64,000 nt of DNA from an uncultured Flavobacteriaceae bacterium (GTDB lineage: Bacteria > Bacteroidota > Bacteroidia > Flavobacteriales > Flavobacteriaceae), in assembly GCA_963816375.1 (NCBI GenBank), contig CAWFKK010000005.1, positions 7,345 to 71,344 of the forward strand, given 5' to 3'. How positions within the stretch are numbered: the first letter of the stretch is position 1; every line of letters begins with the position of its first letter. The notes below the pieces were generated by a model. It did no database searches, was not told where the DNA came from, and saw only the letters and a program-made list of their open reading frames with translations. This document shows positions 30,407 through 41,777 of the stretch, piece after piece. The translations under genes and the position numbers were made by a program.

Positions 30407-32470
30407 TTATTTATCTGCAGGCACTTCTTCTTTCTTTTCTACTTTTAAGAAGTTATAGTTCTTAGAGTAGTTAAGCATTTGCGTTGGAAAATCTGCAGGT
30501 TGCTCAACTTTAATAGATTTGATCTCTCCATTATCATCCATTTCTGGAACTAGAACAGGATTCACAAATCCACTATATGGTGCAGAATTAAACTGTGCAT
30601 TTCTATCTAATACTTCTTTATGAATTGCCTGATCTACTTTTACCCCGTAGTTTTCTACTAAATTCTTAGCAGCTTCAAAATCTCCTTCAGATTTAATACG
30701 TTGAGTTTCTTTTAGCAACTCACCAAAAAGCTCTCTTAACCTGGCGTAATCGTTAATATTATAGTACGTTTTTCCATCTCTGGTAATTTTTTCTATAACA
30801 TTATCTGCTTTACCTTTTTCATAAACCCAGGCACTTACCCACTGGCGATTTCTCATGTGAGCTTCTTCTACATCATTTCCAAGATCTAATCTTCTTAATT
30901 GAGTAAGAAGTCCGTTTCTAATATAACCATCATAAGCAGCCATCCCGGTTTTCTTATAATCATCTGTTAATCCTAATTCCTGAATTTTTGGATCCATTAA
31001 ATAGTAAAGACCTACAAGATCTGCTCTACCCTCTTCCATTGTAGAAGCATAATTCTTTAAAGTTTCTTTAGTTTCTCCAACTCCAGGATTTAATTGTCCG
31101 GATGCATGACCTACAACTTCATGTAAAGCGGTATGTAATTTATCTGCATTCTTACCGTACTCTTCTTCTAGAGCTATTTCTTCTTCATCATTAGCAAATT
31201 CTTTTAATACTCCAGTACTTCCGGCATTATTGTAAGCTTCGATAATATTTCCTAAAGAAACAGATTTACTACCATGAGCAGCTCTAATCCAGTTTGCATT
31301 TGGAAGGTTAACTCCAATTGGAGTACTTGGAGAAGCATCTCCAGATTCTCCAGCCACAATTACCGTTTTGTAGGTTACCCCTACTACAGAATCTTTCTTA
31401 TGTTCCGGCATTAAAGGAGAATTGTCTTCAAACCACTGAACGTTCTCTTCCAGAACTTTCATCTTTTTAGACATCTCAAAATCTTTGATCTGAATAATGC
31501 TTTCATAAGAACCTCTATATCCTAATGGATCGTTATAAACTTCAATAAAACTATTGATGTAATCTATATTTCCTTCTGTAGCTTCAACCCACGCGATGTT
31601 ATAATCGTCCCAGGTTTGAAGATCTCCGGTTTGGTAATATTTAATAAGAAGTCCTAAAGCATTTGCTTGCTTCTCATTTTCAGCTACCCCTTGAGCTTTT
31701 TCTAACCACTTGATAATTTCATCTATAGCAGAACCGTAAAGTCCCCCGCTTTTCCAAACTTTTTCAACTAACTGTCCATTTTCTTTAACCAAAGTAGAAT
31801 TCAAACCAAAAGAAAGAGGTTTTTTAGCATTTGGAGAAGATTTCTTTTTATAGAAAGCTTCAGCTTCAGCAGCAGTTACATCTGGTCCGTAGAAATTTAT
31901 GGCAGAACCTTTTAGTAATCCTTTAGATGGATCCAGGTTTACCTTCTTCATATCTTTATCATTAAAGATAACTTCATAAGGTTCCCCGGTAAGTTGAGTA
32001 TTAGATTCTTTCAATAAGGTGTCAAAATATTCTTTACTGAATTCTGGCTTGATCTTATCGTTAGAATAATGATGATGAATCCCGTTAGAGAACCAAACTC
32101 TTTTTAAATAAGTAACAAAAGAATTCCACTCTTCAGAATTTTTATCACCTTCATAATTCTTATAGATATTCTCTAAAGCACTTCTAATCTCAAGATTGTA
32201 TCTATAATTTTGATCCCACATAATGTCACGTCCGCTTAAACCCGCCTGAGTTAAATAGTAAACAAGTTTTTGTTCTTTAAGCGAAAGATTTTCCCATCCC
32301 GGGATCTGGTAACGCAATACCTTAATATCGGCGAATTCTTCTACTGTATAATTAAAAGTAGAATCTACCTTTACATCTGCTTCAGCAAGTTGATTATCTT
32401 TAGATTCATCCTTGCAAGAAAACAATAAAATTGATGCCGTAAAAAGCATCAGAAGAAATTTAGGTTTCAT
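30407..32470 (-). CDS. Dipeptidyl-peptidase III (M49) lipoprotein
   Basis: HEVVGH (HEXXGH), EEGRAD, GVNLPN, EEAHMR; lipobox FSC. Confidence 0.92.
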   Translation of the reverse strand: MKPKFLLMLFTASILLFSCKDESKDNQLAEADVKVDSTFNYTVEEFADIKVLRYQIPGWENLSLKEQKLVYYLTQAGLSGRDIMWDQNYRYNLEIRSALENIYKNYEGDKNSEEWNSFVTYLKRVWFSNGIHHHYSNDKIKPEFSKEYFDTLLKESNTQLTGEPYEVIFNDKDMKKVNLDPSKGLLKGSAINFYGPDVTAAEAEAFYKKKSSPNAKKPLSFGLNSTLVKENGQLVEKVWKSGGLYGSAIDEIIKWLEKAQGVAENEKQANALGLLIKYYQTGDLQTWDDYNIAWVEATEGNIDYINSFIEVYNDPLGYRGSYESIIQIKDFEMSKKMKVLEENVQWFEDNSPLMPEHKKDSVVGVTYKTVIVAGESGDASPSTPIGVNLPNANWIRAAHGSKSVSLGNIIEAYNNAGSTGVLKEFANDEEEIALEEEYGKNADKLHTALHEVVGHASGQLNPGVGETKETLKNYASTMEEGRADLVGLYYLMDPKIQELGLTDDYKKTGMAAYDGYIRNGLLTQLRRLDLGNDVEEAHMRNRQWVSAWVYEKGKADNVIEKITRDGKTYYNINDYARLRELFGELLKETQRIKSEGDFEAAKNLVENYGVKVDQAIHKEVLDRNAQFNSAPYSGFVNPVLVPEMDDNGEIKSIKVEQPADFPTQMLNYSKNYNFLKVEKKEEVPADK

Positions 32471-32560
32471 ATATTTTTGTTTATTTTGCTACAAATGTAA
32501 TAATTCGCGTCTTGTAAATTAACTATATTAGCATTTTGAACCAATAACCCCCTGAAATAG

Positions 32561-33617
32561 ATGAAAATTATTAAATATTTATTCTTTCTAATTTTAATTG
32601 CATTTATTGCAGGTGCCATTTATATAGCTACAAAAGACGGGGATTATCAGGTTGAAGAGAGTATTACTATTGCAGCTCCTACCAGTGTGGTCTATAATGA
32701 AGTAAATAATTATAGAAATTGGGAAGCCTGGGGCCCGTGGATGGATGATACAGATGATCTAATTATAAATTACGGCGCCAATACTACTGGAGAAGGCGGC
32801 TCTTATTCCTGGAAAAGTGAGAAAATGGGAGATGGGAAATATGATAACTACCAAAGCTATTCCAGATACTTCGTTAGATCAAGACCTCACCTTTATTTCT
32901 CCTTATGGAGAATCTACAAGTCAAATTTATTGGAATTTTGAAGAAGTTGAAGATAGTACGCTGGTAACCTGGGGAATTAAAGGCTCGCAAAGTTTCATGG
33001 AAAAATTAGCATTTACATTTCAAGATCAATCTTTTTCTGAAATGATGAAACCTATGCTTGCGGAAGGTTTACAAAAGCTTAAAAAAGTTACAGAAAATAA
33101 GATGAATGCTTATTCTGTAAATGTAGACGGAATTACGCAACATGGTGGCGGTTTTTATATGTATACTACTACCGCATCTAAGATAAGCCAGGTAAGAGTT
33201 AAGATGCACCAAATGTTTACAGATGTATCCAGGTATATGGAAGACAATAATATTTCGCAATCTGGAGATCCTTTTGTTCTTTATAACCAATGGGACAAAC
33301 AAAACAATTCTGCTATTTACTCTGTTGGAATTTTTACACCTAGCTTAGTAATTACTCCTGCTGAAAGTTCTGTACTTAACGGAATGATGCCGGTGCAGAA
33401 AGTGGTAAAAACAACGCTTAAGGGAGATTACAAATATTTACAGAGAGCCTGGGATGAAGCTTATAAATATATAGCAGATAATAATTTACAACCGTCTGAA
33501 GATCAATCTGTATTTGAAGTTTATAAAGTGAGTGCGGAAGAAACTGAGAATCCAGCACAATGGGTAACAGAAATTTATATTCCTCTTGTTCAAGCTGAAG
33601 AAGAAGTACTAAACTAA
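32561..33617 (+). CDS. SRPBCC + GyrI-like domain protein (frameshift near 32840)
   Basis: WEAWGPW..GEGGSYSW in the N-terminal part; KGDYKYLQRAW..FEVY..P..W.TEIYIP in the C-terminal part. Confidence 0.85.
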
Positions 33618-33623
33618 AAGTTT

Positions 33624-33995
33624 ATGAAAGCCTTGTTAATGGTATTTTTAGGCGGAGGTTTAGGAAGTGTTTTGCGGTATGCTATTTCAAAATACCTCAA
33701 TTTACTGCCTGTTCATATTCCTTTAGGCACTCTAACCGTTAATGTACTTGGAAGTCTTTTATTAGGTTTATTTCTAGGTATAGCTTTAAAAGGCGGGCAA
33801 CTCTCTAATAACTTGGTTCTATTTCTGGCTACAGGATTCTGCGGTGGGTTTACCACCTTTTCTACCTTTGCTTTCGAAAATCAGGAATTTTTAAAGGCTG
33901 GAGATTATTTTCACTTTTCGGTTTATACTTTAGGAAGTCTTATAGCTGGTTTTACCGCCATTTTTATTGGACTTTATCTTTCTAAATTAGTGTGA
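33624..33995 (+). CDS. crcB: Fluoride channel Fluc/CrcB
   Basis: GGGLGSVLRY, GTLTVN, GFCGGFTTFSTF. Confidence 0.96.
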   Translation: MKALLMVFLGGGLGSVLRYAISKYLNLLPVHIPLGTLTVNVLGSLLLGLFLGIALKGGQLSNNLVLFLATGFCGGFTTFSTFAFENQEFLKAGDYFHFSVYTLGSLIAGFTAIFIGLYLSKLV

Positions 33996-34617
33996 GAATT
34001 TCTTCTTATCGTAACGCACCCCCACAGGAATAGAAGTTTTTAGATCATTTTCTTTAGGAGGAATTGGGCACGAATAATTTTTACTATACGCGCAATACGG
34101 ATTGTATGCTTTATTAAAATCTAATTCTACTGTTTTTCCTAGCGGAAGTTTAAGATCTATATATCTCCCACCACCATAAGTGCTTATTCCATTAGACTCA
34201 TCTGTAAACGGAAGAAATAAGTAATCTGCATATTCCGGTTTTTTCAACAAATCCTGACTTTGATATACATTTAGTTTATATTTCTTTCCCTTTAAGCTGA
34301 AAATACAATTCTCCATACTTAACATAGATAGGAGTTCTTTCTTTGGTGGTTGGCATGGCAAAAGGAGATTCGTAAGGTGTTCTTACAAATTCTGCAGTTA
34401 CCACATAATTAGTATCTATTTTAAAAAAATCTAAACTTTCAAAAGAAGCTCTATCTTCTTTAGACAATGGCGATTCTCCAGGATCTTTATATTCTTCATT
34501 AATAGTACGCTGGAAATCCAGAACACTTTCAACTTTCGAAGAAGTTTGTGAAAATCCAGGCACTATGTTTATCAAACCAATTACAAATACAACTATTCTC
34601 AACTTAACACCTTGCAT
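33987..34617 (-). CDS. DUF1684-domain protein (frameshift near 34285)
   Basis: FLPFTD..TYGGGRYID, DFNKAYNPYCAY..YSCPIPP.EN. Confidence 0.9.
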
Positions 34618-34697
34618 GAAATAATATTTTAACAGATCACAAAGTAAAAAATAAAATCAGTAAAATTTAATTTAATTTTGAGCCTCAGCTTAAATTA

Positions 34698-35924
34698 ATG
34701 ATCAAGAAAATCTACTTTTCCTACATAGACTCATTTAGCGACCTTAGAAAGGAAGTTTGGCTCCTGGCACTTATTACACTTATTAACCGGGCGGGCACCA
34801 TGGTAATTCCTTTTCTGTCTTTATATCTTACAAAAAGCAGAGGCTTCTCTTTAGAAGAAGTTGGATGGATACTTACCTTTTTTGGATTGGGCTCTGTTAG
34901 TGGCTCGTGGTTAGGTGGAAAACTGGTAGATTCTATTGGACATTATAAAACAATGGCTGGAAGCTTAATTATCTCTTCCTTTCTTTTTGTGCTCTTACAA
35001 TTTCCAACTAGTTTCTGGGGGATTTGTACCGGAATATTTTTGGTAATGATGGTTGCAGATATGTTTAGGCCAGCGGTTTTTGTTGCAATAAGCGCTTATA
35101 GTAAACCTCAAAACAGAACCAGATCTGTAACTTTAATAAGATTAGCAATTAATCTAGGTTTCTCTGCAGGACCTGCCCTAGGAGGAATTATTATCGCCAC
35201 CTCCGGCTATAGTGGTTTATTTTGGGTAGATGGAATTACCTGTTTTCTTGCCGGATTATTGCTTTTAAAATTACTGCATCCCAAAAAAGCAATAGAGAAT
35301 GTGCGAGAAGTAAATTTGAATCCGATTGCTGTTACTAAAGATAAACCTTATCTCCTTTCATTATTGCCATGATCATCTTCGGGTTTATATTTATTCAATA
35401 TTTCTCTACTATGCCGTTGTTCTATGCTCAAGAACATCATTTATCTGAAGTTGAAATTGGCCTTTTATTAGGTATGAATGGATTTTTGATCTTCTTACTG
35501 GAAATGCCGCTTATAAAATTTCTGGAGGGGAGAAGAGTTACCAATATTTCATTGGTTATTTGGGGAACCTTATTAGTGGGACTGAGTTTTTTATTAGTCA
35601 ACCTAAGTGGTCTTATAGGAATGCTGGTAGTGGGGATGAATTTCTAACCATTGGAGAAATGGTGGCTTTCCCATTTTCAAACACCTTTGCATTACATAGA
35701 GCGAAAGAGGGAAACAAGGATCGTACATGGCACTTTATAGTATCGCATTTTCCATAAGTCACATCTTAGGACATAATTCTGGAATGCAGCTTATTGGGCA
35801 TTTTGGATATGAATTTACATGGTACACAATGACATTGCTTGCAGGATTTGCATGTTTCTTACTTTTCTGGCTTATCAGAATTCTTAAGAAGAAGCTCTAT
35901 TGCTCCTCTAGCTTAAGATTATAA
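34698..35924 (+). CDS. MFS transporter (three frameshifts)
   Basis: INRAGTMVIPFL, GGKLVDSIG, NLGFSAGPALGG, TIGEMVAFP. Confidence 0.88.
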
Positions 35925-37306
35925 AATTTAGCGTACCTAAATATTTTCTAATTATCTCATTGTATTCTGGACTTAATTTAAGATCTAAAGTTCCTGGGAT
36001 GTTATACAAAGCATCCATATTCTTATAACCTGTTTTTAAAAGATCTTCCAGATACAACATGGCTGTAGAATAATCTCCATCATTGGCAGCTAAAGAAATA
36101 ATATCAAAATATCCATCGGGATTTTCTTTATCAAAAATGGTTTTTAAAACAGCCGTATAAATAAGCAGATCTATTTTTGCTTTGCTATTTTTTAACTCAT
36201 CAAAAGATTGAAATGCCATATTTTGTAGAAATCCCTGAAGTCTAAATGCCAATTCCTTTTCAGCCAGATTCCCTGAATTCTGAGACTCTTTTAGATCTTT
36301 AATCTGTTGATTCCAATAACCTAAATTTTCAAAATTTATATAGGCAAGATCTTCGCTTAAGTAATATGAATATTGCGTTTTCTTATAGCTTTCTTTGGTG
36401 GAAGCAGCATTATATTTTCTATGTTGCTCTTTAAAAATCTTATTTCTTTTAATCTGCTTTTGAAAATCTTTAATCACCTCCTGCTTTTCATCATCCTCGT
36501 ATTTCTTATCCAAAAGATCTAAAAACTCATATGATTTATACAATTTTAATTGCCTTCTCATATTTTCAGCTAATTCAATATCGTTTGAAACAGCTTTTGA
36601 GAATTTATAATATCTGTAGAAGTTGTATCGCTTTTTAATCTGCGAAGCGTAAATTCTGAAACTCCGCTATAAATAAAATCTGCTGAGGGATAATCCTGAT
36701 CTTCGTCAAACTTACAGTCCTACTAGGGTATCCAATTTTCGAGATATAATTGGTTATACTTGCAATCTGTAATAATCTGGATCTTTATAATTAACCATTC
36801 CAACTAATGGATATCCACTTAGATTTTAAAAGTTTTGAATTAATCCAAAAATCTCCAATTGCTAAAACTCCTTTCCATATTTCTTACTGAAGATAATGCC
36901 AAAGTAGCAAAGCTCCTTCATCTAAACCTGCCATGTACAAAGCATTATTTTTACGAAATAAGCATTCACAGTTTCTATCAACCTATTACAAACCTCTGCA
37001 TTTTCCACGAGCTCTTTTCCTTTTAACACCACATTGGAAGATGCTATAATATACCCCTGTTCTTCAGCGGTTTGTTTGAATAATTGAGTTACTATTTTTC
37101 CTCGGCCTTCAGAATCAAAAACAAATATTACCGGCCAATTTTTATCTTTAGTATAATAAGGTTGGAAGATAGATCGAAAATGTTTCTTTATGAGTAGAAT
37201 CGGCTACAATTAGATTGTCTGTAACCATTCCCTTTTTCAAGGTAACTTCTTGTGAGAAGATGACTGTATTTGAAAAAAGAAAGAATAGTAAATAAAGATA
37301 TTTCAA
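35908..37306 (-). CDS. Secreted alpha/beta-hydrolase-like protein with helical C-terminus (heavily frameshifted)
   Basis: Read manually from a TTG at 37306: signal peptide, FSIYLP..WPVIFVFD.EGRG..AEEQGYIIASSN, MYMAGLDEG. The C-terminal ORF is 35908-36561. Confidence 0.55.
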
Positions 37307-37351
37307 TGTAAAGAAATTTAGAATTTTATAAAGTTAGAATAATAAAGGCAT

Positions 37352-37384
37352 AAAAAAAAGACCTCTAAAAATTAGAGATCTTTT
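37352..37384. terminator. Intrinsic terminator
   Basis: AAAAGACCTCTAA...TTAGAGATCTTTT, imperfect stem with A/T runs. Confidence 0.65.
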
Positions 37385-37413
37385 AAGTTTGTAACTAAAC
37401 TTATTGCTAGGGA

Positions 37414-37610
37414 CTATTTCTTAACTCTTTGTAGTTTCATATTTTCTGTTCCTGGAAAAAACATTTTTGCTAAAACTGATATTACCATAGATCTGCAAAG
37501 ATCAAAAACAACACTCTCACTGCCGGTATGCCAAAAAAGTTCATTCCTGTAAATCCTATCAAACCTGTTATAACGGTTAATACAAGGAATATTAATGTAT
37601 AATTTTTCAT
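37414..37610 (-). CDS. Small membrane protein, DUF1328-like (frameshifted; absent from the ORF track)
   Basis: MKNYTLIFLVLTVITGLIGFTG...VRVLFLIFAD / MVISVLAKMFFPG...KK*. Confidence 0.55.
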
Positions 37611-37868
37611 ATCGTATTATTTTATTTCAAAGATAAGTACAGGGTAGTCGTACATGTATTAAAGAAATTACAATTGAGCAGAATTTAACTAAAAAACCTT
37701 TAGAAGATAAAAGACTGTTAAATTTAAGCATCCCTCACCATATGTTCTTAAGTTCAGAATAAAGCACTATCTTTGCGGCCGGTTGCGATCTTCTCCAATA
37801 ACGCAACATTTACACATAGACTGCCCAGATTTAAATTTTATACAAGGCGCAGCATTTATATTTCATAC

Positions 37869-39142
37869 ATGACATTTAACGATTTACAATTAACTGAACC
37901 TTTACAGAAGGCAGTTCAAAAAGTGGGATATACCAATCCTACACCTATACAAGCTCAATCAATACCCGCTATCTTAAAAGGTCGCGATGTACTTGGTCGC
38001 GCACAAACTGGAACTGGGAAAACTGCGGCTTTCTCTATTCCAACCATTCAACTATTAAATTCGTCTTCACAAAACAACGGACGAAAAATTGAGATTAAAA
38101 GTTTAATCTTAACTCCAACGAGAGAACTTGCTATTCAAATAGGTGAAAGCCTTGCAGAATATGGACACTTCAGTAAACTAAAGCATCTGTAATCTTTGGG
38201 GGAGTTCCTCAAAATTCTCAGGTTAATGCATTAAGAAGCGGTGTAGATATTTTGGTAGCAACTCCGGGAAGATTATTAGATCTTATGGACCAAGGCTATA
38301 TCTCTCTATCTAAGATTGAAATTTTCACTTAGATGAAGCAGATAGAATGCTAGACATGGGGTTTGTTCATGATGTAAAAAAGGTGATCGAAAAGATCCCT
38401 CAAAAACGTCAAACCCTGTTCTTTTCTGCTACAATGCCGGATTCTATTCTAGATCTCGCAATAGCATCTTAACAAATCCTGTAAAAGTTGAAGTTACTCC
38501 AGTATCTTCTACTGCGGAAATGATTCAGCAAGAAGTTTATTTTATAGATAAAACCAATAAGAAAGATCTTCTTATAGATCTTTTAAAAGAATCTGAAGCG
38601 GACAGAATTTTGGTTTTTACTAGAACCAAACACGGAGCAAATAAGGTGGTTAAAGACCTTATGAAAGAAAATATTAAAGCTGAAGCTATTCACGGAAATA
38701 AAACTCAGAATGCAAGACAAAAAGCTTTAAAGAATTTTAAAGATAAGACTACTAGAGTTTTGGTAGCAACAGATATTGCAGCTCGTGGAATTGATATTGA
38801 CGAACTAGCATTGGTTATAAATTTTTAAATCCCAAATATTGCCGAAACTTACGTTCACCGTATTGGGAGAACGGGCGTGCCGGTGCAAGTGGAAAAGCAA
38901 TCTCTTTCTCAGATTATGAAGAAAAAGCATATATTAGAGATATTCAGAAACTTATAGATCAAAAGATTCCGGTAATTGAAGGTCACAATTATCCAATGGA
39001 ATTCTTTGAAATCCCAGAAAAGAAACCTCAAGGGAGAAAACCTTCTAGAAACCAGAACAAACCGTCGTCTTCTAAAAGAACGAATTCAAATTCTAACAAA
39101 AACTCTAACGGAAAGAGATTTGACAGATCCAAAGCAAAATAA
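37869..39142 (+). CDS. DEAD-box RNA helicase (RhlE-like; several frameshifts)
   Basis: [62 protein letters not shown]; basic C-terminal tail. Confidence 0.95.
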
Positions 39143-40025
39143 AGGACATTCTGAAAATTATTTTGGAGACTACCGAGATTTTTGGTGGAATAAGGCTTTT
39201 TTAGATCTTACCGCTAAGCGTCTCGAGCTTTCCAGAATAAATTCTATGTTAGATGTTGGCTGTGGAAATGGACACTGGACAAGAATTCTTGCGCCATATT
39301 TATCTACAAATGCAACTATAACGGCGGTTGATAGTGATAACAGATGGTATTCTGAAAATATAGAACTGAAAGAACATATCTCCAAATTAGATATGTCTTT
39401 CAGTTTATTAAAAGGCGATGCTCAAAATCTTCCTTTTGAAGATGAAACTTTTGAAATGGTAACTTGCCAAACGGTTCTTATTCATGTACCCTATCCGCAG
39501 AAAGCTTTAAAAGAGATGATTCGTGTTTTAAAACCCGGAGGGATCTTGTTATGCGTAGAACCTAATAATATTGTACAAAGCCTAACCAAAACTTCACTTA
39601 CAAAAAACGATTCTATAGATGAGACCTTAGATCATATTAAATACAGATTGATCATTGAAAAAGGCAAGAAAAATATGGGTCATGGCGATAACTCTTTGGG
39701 AGATCTTTTACCCGGAATGTTTGCTATGGAAGCGCTTAAGAATATTGAAGTTAGATTATCTGATAAGGCAATTGCCATGTATCCTCCTTATGATAATGAA
39801 GAGCAAGTAGCTACTTTAAAACAATGGATGAAGGGAAGTTCGTGGAAATCTAACACCCAGAAAGATATCGACTTTTTTAGTGCTGCCGGAGAAGAATATA
39901 TGCAGTTCTATTTTGAGTATCAGGAAAAATATTCACGAAGAGATGACGTTATGGGCGCTTTACAAAGAGAGCAATATCATGCAGCAGGAGGTTCTATGAT
40001 GTATATTGTAAGCGGCATTAAATAA
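39120..40025 (+). CDS. Class I SAM-dependent methyltransferase
   Basis: LDVGCGNG, GDAQNLPF, RVLKPGG; probable TTG start overlapping the helicase end. Confidence 0.88.
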   Translation: MTDPKQNKGHSENYFGDYRDFWWNKAFLDLTAKRLELSRINSMLDVGCGNGHWTRILAPYLSTNATITAVDSDNRWYSENIELKEHISKLDMSFSLLKGDAQNLPFEDETFEMVTCQTVLIHVPYPQKALKEMIRVLKPGGILLCVEPNNIVQSLTKTSLTKNDSIDETLDHIKYRLIIEKGKKNMGHGDNSLGDLLPGMFAMEALKNIEVRLSDKAIAMYPPYDNEEQVATLKQWMKGSSWKSNTQKDIDFFSAAGEEYMQFYFEYQEKYSRRDDVMGALQREQYHAAGGSMMYIVSGIK

Positions 40026-40029
40026 AAAT

Positions 40030-40479
40030 CTACCTTCCTCCTCTACTTTTCACAGGCCCGTGTTCGATAACATTAGATAGAATGATGTGAGTTTTAGTCT
40101 CTCCGTAGGTGATTAATTTATCTATAAATTCTTCTAAGTGTGTTTGATCGTATAATACCACTTCCATGATAATATTTTCATTTCCTGTTATTCTATAACA
40201 GTTAATTACCTCTTTAAATTCTTTTACCTTTTCAAGAAAAGGTTTTAGTCTCCCCATGAAAGCACGAAGCGTGATCACAGCTTTTAATTGGTGTCCGGTT
40301 TTGTGATAAGAAACCTGGGCTTTATAACCTTTAATTACACCCATATCTTCCATTTTCTTCACTCGTTCTGCAACTGCCGGAGAGGTTAACCCAACCTTTC
40401 TTCCAATTTCTGCAAAAGATTGTCTTGCGTTACTTTGAAGCTCATCTAATATTAACCAGTTCGTTCTATCTATAGGCAT
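40030..40479 (-). CDS. Lrp/AsnC transcriptional regulator
   Basis: LQSNARQSFAEIGRKVGLTSPAVAERVKKME..GVI; CYRITG. Confidence 0.95.
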   Translation of the reverse strand: MPIDRTNWLILDELQSNARQSFAEIGRKVGLTSPAVAERVKKMEDMGVIKGYKAQVSYHKTGHQLKAVITLRAFMGRLKPFLEKVKEFKEVINCYRITGNENIIMEVVLYDQTHLEEFIDKLITYGETKTHIILSNVIEHGPVKSRGGR

Positions 40480-40605
40480 ATTTAAAGATTTTAATATCAA
40501 AATTACATATTATTAAACTAATTATGATGTTTCACTTTAAATATTAAAGCAGCGATCTATACATTCTCAGTAATTTTATGAAAAATAAGAATTAGGAAAA
40601 TATAC

Positions 40606-41009
40606 ATGGAATCTGATTTTACTCAGCTAAAGGTTTATAGAAAAGCGCACAGGAGATTTTTAAAGTTTCTCGTGCAATAGCGTGCATTATAAGCGATAAT
40701 AAAAATATTATGGAGATGGGAATCTCTTCTAATTACAATTATCATTTTGCTGGAGAAATTGTCTCAGATTCTTTAAGATTAGCACCAGGACTGGCCGTTG
40801 TTCAAAACACTTCTAATTATTCTCTACGTTTAAAGAGAGCGAATAATATTCGAAAAGCTGCCAGAAGAATGCTTATTAAATGCAGAAAATTAGAATTTAA
40901 CGGAGTAAAAGAAACAGAATTCCTAAATCTTTTAAAGTCTGAACTTCAGCAATTCGAGAATTTGTTTGCAGATTGGTTGAACAATCTTCATTACAAGAAA
41001 GACGAGTAA
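40606..41009 (+). CDS. Four-helix-bundle-like hypothetical protein (frameshift near 40650)
   Basis: MESDFTQLKVYRKA.EIF start typical of four-helix-bundle proteins; all-helical composition. Confidence 0.55.
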
Positions 41010-41014
41010 TAAAT

Positions 41015-41640
41015 TTATAGTAGAATATCTTCAGTAAAAAAGGCCAATTTCACCCCTTGTATAAACATATTGGTTCCTATAATGGCAATGATCAATCCCA
41101 TGATCTTTTCTATTACTACAATTTTGTTAGCTCCAATATATCGCACCAAATATTCACTGGAATAAAGGCAAGATAATTCAACCATAAAATAAGCGCTAGC
41201 ATAGATATAATTATCGCCAGCTCGGCATAACCGGCATTGGTAGTAAAGTTCATTGCAGTAACTATAGTACCGGGCCCTGCAAGAATAGGAATTGCCATGG
41301 TGAAATTGAAATACCTTCATTAAAGTTGATCTCAGTTTGGTTATCTATACTCGATTCTTGAGAACGAATCATTTCAAAACCAACAAAAAAGATCAGAATT
41401 CCTCCTGTATCTAAAGGCAGGAATGGTCAAGCCAAAAAGGTCAAAGATATATTTACCCAGAATGATAAATCCGGTAACTATGATAAAGGCCGTGACAGTT
41501 GCCTTTTTTGAAATTTTCTTTTTGGTTGCTCTATCTGCCTGTTTGGTAAGACTTATAAAAATAGGAATATTCCCAGCGGGACTATTAATCGCAAAAAAAC
41601 CTGTAAATACAGCTATCGCAAATAACCACAGATTTTCCAT
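41015..41640 (-). CDS. MarC-family membrane protein (frameshifted)
   Basis: FFAINSPAGNIPIF, FG.TIPAF, AIPILAGPGTI, KIMGLIIAIIG. Confidence 0.9.
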
Positions 41641-41715
41641 AGAAATAGTTTTAACAAGCTGCGAAGTTAAGGTAAATTTTGAAAAAAGTAGGCAGATCTA
41701 TTAGATTTTGAACAT

Positions 41716-41755
41716 AAAAAAAGGTCTGTTTCAAAACACTGAAACAAACCTTTTT
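41716..41755. terminator. Intrinsic terminator downstream of icmF
   Basis: AAAAAGGTCTGTTTCA...TGAAACAAACCTTTTT. Confidence 0.8.
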
Positions 41756-41777
41756 AATGAATATAATTTAATTAGAA

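Noticed and set aside
33590-33624. Fluoride riboswitch before crcB
   Set aside because: crcB starts 6 bp after the upstream stop, leaving no leader, and I saw no riboswitch consensus.
38976-39119. Helicase-methyltransferase fusion or long N-terminal extension of the methyltransferase
   Set aside because: The helicase's basic tail reads in another frame to its own stop at 39142; the extension is an alternate-frame read.
40606-41009. Avd-like protein suggesting a diversity-generating retroelement
   Set aside because: No reverse transcriptase in the window, and I saw no TR/VR repeat pair differing at adenines.
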